Below are positions 60,301-64,000 of a DNA stretch of 64,000 nt, one piece after another (position 1 is the first letter of the stretch; each line of letters opens with the position of its first letter). The translations under genes were made by a program, and so were the position numbers. Under the pieces are notes generated by a model. That model was not told where the DNA came from. It worked only from the letters and a program-made list of their open reading frames with translations, and did not search any database. Where the stretch lies: assembly GCF_001899305.1 (NCBI RefSeq), contig NZ_MKWL01000020.1; one strand, given 5' to 3'. The stretch is from Thiobacillus sp. 0-1251. Lineage in GTDB: Bacteria; Pseudomonadota; Gammaproteobacteria; Burkholderiales; Thiobacillaceae.

Positions 60301-61337
60301 GACTGCGCGGCGAGTTCTACATTGTTGGCCAGCCCAACGGGACGGACCGCGTGCGCATCCTGCGCAAGGAGCGGGTGATCCTGGACGAGGCACGCGCCGA
60401 CCTGCAGCAGGCATGGGCGCGCACCAGCCATGAAATGGCAAAACTGCGCGACAACCCGGCGTGTGCTGATCAGGAATTTGCACGCAATGCCGATGCCGTC
60501 GACCCGGGCCTGCGTTATGCGTTGACTTTCGATGTGGACGACGACATCGCCGCCCCCTTCATCGCCCGTGGCATACGTCCCCGCGTGGCGGTGCTGCGCG
60601 AGCAGGGCGTCAACGGCCAGGTGGAGATGGCCGCCGCGTTCGACGCCGCCGGCTTCGCACCTGTCGACGTGCATATGAGCGATATCCTGTCCGGCCGCGT
60701 GAGCCTCGCCGATTTCACCGGGCTGGCGGCTTGCGGCGGCTTCAGCTACGGCGATGTGCTGGGCGCGGGCGGCGGCTGGGCCAAATCCATCCTGTTCAAC
60801 CCGCGTGCCCGGGATGAATTCTCGGCGTTCTTCGGGCGAGCCGACAGTTTCGCACTGGGCGTGTGCAACGGTTGCCAGATGATGAGCCAGCTGCATGACC
60901 TGATTCCCGGCGCCGCCGCCTGGCCGCGTTTCGAACGCAACCTGTCGGAACAGTTCGAGGCGCGCTTCGCGCAGGTCGAGGTACTGGCCTCGCCGTCGAT
61001 CTTCTTCGCCGACATGGTCGGTTCGACGATGCCGATCGTGGTGTCGCACGGTGAAGGGCGAGTCGTTTTCCGCGAGGCGGCGCATGCGGCGCAGGCCGTG
61101 GCGACGCTGCGCTACGTCGATCACCAGGGTGCGCCGACCGAATGCTATCCGCTCAATCCGAACGGATCGGTCGGCGGCTTGACCGGCTTCACCACGCGTG
61201 ATGGCCGCTTCAGCATCCTGATGCCGCATCCGGAGCGCGTATACCGCGCCGCCCAATTGTCGTGGCGGCCCGACAGCATGGCCGGTGCAGGCCCGTGGTT
61301 GCGCATGTTCCGCAACGCACGGCGCACGGTTGGGTGA
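57381..61337 (+). CDS. purL: Phosphoribosylformylglycinamidine synthase (large type)
   Basis: [27 protein letters not shown] and MPHPER motifs. Confidence 0.98.
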   Translation: MSSTVSLPGSDALSSFRLDKIRQEAARLGVALGELSARYWHFLELEADLDAAARQQLAKTLDYGTPTDRPSADDVQVLVTPRPGTISPWSSKATDILRNSGLVQLRRIERGVAYRLRDPQGAVLTAQALATLLPLLHDRMTEAVMSSLDAAHALFQHVPPRELTTVDVMAGGRVALEAANRALGLALSDDEVEYLVDNFSRIGRNPTDVELMMFAQANSEHCRHKIFNAAWVIDGEAQAKSLFGMIRDTHAAHPQGTVVAYSDNSSVIEGATIERFYPRADGSYAYSNELTHVLMKVETHNHPTAISPFPGAATGSGGEIRDEGATGIGSKPKAGLCGFSVSNLNIPGHVQPWETGAYGKPERIVTPLAIMLEGPIGAAAFNNEFGRPNLAGYFRTFEETVAGQRRGYHKPIMLAGGVGSIRADHVDKKLLPTGTLLIQLGGPGMLIGLGGGAASSMDTGANAADLDFDSVQRGNPEMERRAQEVIDRCWQLGEANPILSIHDVGAGGLSNALPELVHGGGKGGRFELRAAPSEESGMSPREIWCNEAQERYVLAIPPGRLEEFRAICERERCPFAVLGEATEENHLLVSDSHFKNAPVDVSLDVILGKPPKMTRDVVHQAELPAPLVLDGIDLKDAVYRVLAMPGVASKMFLISIGDRSVGGLTARDQCVGPWQVPVADCAITLAGYRTTQGEAFSIGEKAPLALIDAPASGRMAIVEAITNLAAARVEGLGSVKLSANWMAPAGHPGEDAALFDTVAAVSNYCQALGVSIPVGKDSMSMKTVWQADGEKKTVTSPISLVISAFATTPDATQHLTPQLRTDAGDTDLVLIDLGLGKHRLGGSSFAQAYKQVGDRCPDAPVAATLGAFFDTVQTLNAGGKLLAYHDRSDGGLFAVLCEMAFAGHCGVEVDVDELCSEKIRLDAEDEGLPEPDMQDPRGYSERIFSVLFSEEAGAVLQVRRSDTQAVMQAFFDAGLRGEFYIVGQPNGTDRVRILRKERVILDEARADLQQAWARTSHEMAKLRDNPACADQEFARNADAVDPGLRYALTFDVDDDIAAPFIARGIRPRVAVLREQGVNGQVEMAAAFDAAGFAPVDVHMSDILSGRVSLADFTGLAACGGFSYGDVLGAGGGWAKSILFNPRARDEFSAFFGRADSFALGVCNGCQMMSQLHDLIPGAAAWPRFERNLSEQFEARFAQVEVLASPSIFFADMVGSTMPIVVSHGEGRVVFREAAHAAQAVATLRYVDHQGAPTECYPLNPNGSVGGLTGFTTRDGRFSILMPHPERVYRAAQLSWRPDSMAGAGPWLRMFRNARRTVG

Positions 61338-61410
61338 TCGGTGCCGACTATGAGAAAATAGCGGGCTTTGTCGCTTCCGATCCCGCTGTGCCGGGCATTG
61401 ATTTTTTGCC

Positions 61411-64000
61411 ATGAACGCACCCGAAAATCTCCTGACGGATGACCACCTGCGCGCGCAGGTCAAACTGCTGGGCACGCTGCTCGGCCAGGTCCTGCTGCAA
61501 TTTGCCGGCGAAGACGTGTTCGAGGCAGTGGAAACCCTGCGCCGTGGCTTTGCCGAACTGCATCAGCAGGAAGACCAGCAACGTCGCACCGAGTTGATGG
61601 TCCTGATCGACGCCATGCCGGCTGCCAAGGTCGAGTTGGTGGTGCGCGCCTTTTCCAGCTATTTCAAATTGGTCAACGTGGCTGAGGAAAGCTTTGCCCA
61701 CCGCAACCGCCGCCGCATGCTGTCGCACAGCATGCGGCTGTGGGAAGGTTCGTTCGACCGCACCCTGGGCGATCTCAAGGCGCAGGGGCTTTCGGCGAAT
61801 ACGCTGCAGGGCATGGTCAACCGCCTGCACTATGCGCCGGTGTTCACCGCCCACCCGACCGAAGCGCGCCGCCGCGCGGTCATGGAAGGCATGCGCCGGG
61901 TGTTCCTGATCTGCGACCAGCTCTACAGCCCGACGCTCGGCGCGAACGACCAGCGCGAACTGGAAGCGCAACTGGCTGCGGAAATCCAGGTGATGTGGCG
62001 CACCGACGAACTGCGTACCGCCAAGCTCGAAGTGCGCGACGAAGTGCGCAACGGACTGTATTACGTGCGGGAAAGCCTGTTCGAGGCGGTGCCGAGGGCG
62101 TATTCCTACTTCGAAAAGGCGTTGCGCAAGCATTACGGCGTGAATGCCGATGGGGGCGCCTTGATCAGCGTACCGAGCTTCATCCGCTTCGGCTCGTGGA
62201 TCGGGGGCGACCGCGATGGCAATCCGTTCGTGACGGCAGATGTCACCGAGTGGACGGTGCATACGCAGATGAAGACGGCGCTCAACGAATACCGTGCGCG
62301 CGTGCTCGAATTGCGGCAGACGCTCACCCACAGCAGCGGCTGGTGCACGCCATCGGCCGCTTTCCTGGAACGGCTGGGCGAGTATGAGGCCGAGTTCGGC
62401 GAGCAGGTCTTCCGTGGCACGGCGGTACAGATTTACAGCCGCGAGCCCTACCGACGCATGGCGGCCATGATGCTGGCACGACTCGACGCCAATCTGTCCT
62501 ATGTCCATCAGTGTCTGGCGGACGTGCCGAGCTTCACCTCCCACCTGGCCTACGAGAATGCCGCAGCCTTCCTCGATGACCTCTGCCTGGTGCGCGATTC
62601 GCTGATCAGCCATGGCGACCGCATCGTCGCCATGCAGGACCTGCAGGCGCTGATCCGGCTAGTTGAAAGTTTCGGCTTTCACCTGCTGCAGCTCGACATC
62701 CGCCAGGAGTCGACCGTCCATACGCGGACGGTCGTGGCGGTGCTGCAGCAGATCGATCCCGATTTCGATTATGCTGCGGCGTCCGAGGCCGATCGTCTGC
62801 AGCGCCTGGCGGCCTGGGTCGGCCATATCGACCTGATCGAGATCAGCGATGGCGCGCTGGATGACGAGGCGCGCGAGGCGCTCGCGGTGTTCCGCCGCAT
62901 GGCCAAGCTGCAGGCCGAAGTGGGTGACGAAGTCTTTGGCACCTATGTGATCTCGATGACCCATAGCGCATCGCATGTGATGGAAGTCCTGCTGCTGGCG
63001 CGTCTCGTCGGCCTGTGCGGCCACAACGGCCGCGACTGGTTCTGCCGCATCCAGGTTGCGCCCCTGTTCGAGACGGTGGATGACCTGCAGCGCAGCGAGG
63101 CCATCCTCGACCAACTGCTGTCCAACAAGGTGTACCGGGCGCTGGTGGCAGCCAACGGCAACCACCAGGAAGTCATGCTCGGCTATTCGGATTCGTGCAA
63201 GGACGGCGGCATCCTGGCGTCGAACTGGAACCTCTACCAGGCACAGCTTTCCATCATCGCGTTGACCCAGCATTTCGGCGTCGAATGCCGCCTGTTCCAC
63301 GGCCGCGGCGGCACGGTGGGCCGTGGCGGCGGGCCGACCCACGAGGCGATCCTGTCGCAGCCGCCCGGCACCGTGAACGGCGAGATCAAGTTCACCGAGC
63401 AGGGCGAGATGCTGTATTACAAATACAGCAATCCCGAAACGGCCAATTACGAAATCGCCATGGGGGTCACCGGCCTGCTCAAGGCGAGCGCCACGGCGCT
63501 TGCACAGAGCGAGGTACGCTATCCGCAGGAATACCTCGACTGGATGGGCGATATGGCGGCGGCTGGCGAGAAAGCCTACCGCGCCCTGATCGGCATGCCG
63601 GGCTTCATCGACTATTTCTACGAAAGCACGCCCGTCACCGAGATCGGCCTGCTCAACATGGGCAGCCGTCCGTCGCACCGCAAGAAGGCCGATCGCTCGC
63701 TCGGGTCGATTCGCGCCATTCCATGGGTATTCGGATGGGCCCAGTCGCGCCATACGCTGCCTGCCTGGTTCGGGATCGGTACGGCGCTGACCTATTTCAT
63801 CGAGACCGATCCGGCGGGCCTCGAGCATCTTCGGACCATGTACCGCGAGTGGCCGTTCTTTCGCAGTCTGCTGTCCAACGTGCAGATGTCGCTGGTCAAG
63901 GCCGACATGGAAATCTCCGAGGAATATGCGCGCCTGTGCGACCACCCCAATACCATGGCGATCTACCGCGCGGTGGTGGACGAGTTCACGTTGACGGTGA
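61411..64000 (+). CDS. ppc: Phosphoenolpyruvate carboxylase (partial; runs off the window end)
   Basis: Manual translation: VFTAHPTE, GSWIGGDRDGNP, VMLGYSDSCKDGG, FHGRGGTVGRGG and RAIPWVFGW motifs. Confidence 0.97.
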   Translation, partial: MNAPENLLTDDHLRAQVKLLGTLLGQVLLQFAGEDVFEAVETLRRGFAELHQQEDQQRRTELMVLIDAMPAAKVELVVRAFSSYFKLVNVAEESFAHRNRRRMLSHSMRLWEGSFDRTLGDLKAQGLSANTLQGMVNRLHYAPVFTAHPTEARRRAVMEGMRRVFLICDQLYSPTLGANDQRELEAQLAAEIQVMWRTDELRTAKLEVRDEVRNGLYYVRESLFEAVPRAYSYFEKALRKHYGVNADGGALISVPSFIRFGSWIGGDRDGNPFVTADVTEWTVHTQMKTALNEYRARVLELRQTLTHSSGWCTPSAAFLERLGEYEAEFGEQVFRGTAVQIYSREPYRRMAAMMLARLDANLSYVHQCLADVPSFTSHLAYENAAAFLDDLCLVRDSLISHGDRIVAMQDLQALIRLVESFGFHLLQLDIRQESTVHTRTVVAVLQQIDPDFDYAAASEADRLQRLAAWVGHIDLIEISDGALDDEAREALAVFRRMAKLQAEVGDEVFGTYVISMTHSASHVMEVLLLARLVGLCGHNGRDWFCRIQVAPLFETVDDLQRSEAILDQLLSNKVYRALVAANGNHQEVMLGYSDSCKDGGILASNWNLYQAQLSIIALTQHFGVECRLFHGRGGTVGRGGGPTHEAILSQPPGTVNGEIKFTEQGEMLYYKYSNPETANYEIAMGVTGLLKASATALAQSEVRYPQEYLDWMGDMAAAGEKAYRALIGMPGFIDYFYESTPVTEIGLLNMGSRPSHRKKADRSLGSIRAIPWVFGWAQSRHTLPAWFGIGTALTYFIETDPAGLEHLRTMYREWPFFRSLLSNVQMSLVKADMEISEEYARLCDHPNTMAIYRAVVDEFTLTV

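Overview
GC-rich, densely coding core-chromosome segment of a betaproteobacterium. Gene order and an APAT/ADP-sulfurylase-like gene suggest a Thiobacillus-like sulfur oxidiser (inference). Housekeeping blocks: valS(partial)-holC-pepA / lptFG; roxA / bcp-slyD-accA-tilS; ndk-rlmN-pilW-rodZ-ispG-hisS-yfgM-bamB-der; hflXKC-hisZ-purA; tRNA-Leu(CAG) / rnr-rlmB; ppsR / ppsA-pyrG-kdsA-eno-ftsB-zipA-ligA-galU; purL; ppc(partial). I saw no CRISPR array, prophage, integrase or transposase. Non-core points of interest: (1) a three-gene islet (apt-like gene plus two small divergent unknown genes) where hfq usually sits, between der and hflX; (2) a 32.8-38.3 kb patch enriched in S/Se-transfer chemistry (DUF523/TudS-like, GST, RIO-like kinase, YcaO, TPR protein, orphan SenB-like); (3) a PopZ-like protein directly upstream of valS; (4) ppsR and ppsA head-to-head with only 11 bp between start codons; (5) a TetR/DUF1348 module with two 18-bp palindromic operators; (6) five apparently leaderless genes. 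All family assignments come from motifs recognised by eye, not from database searches.
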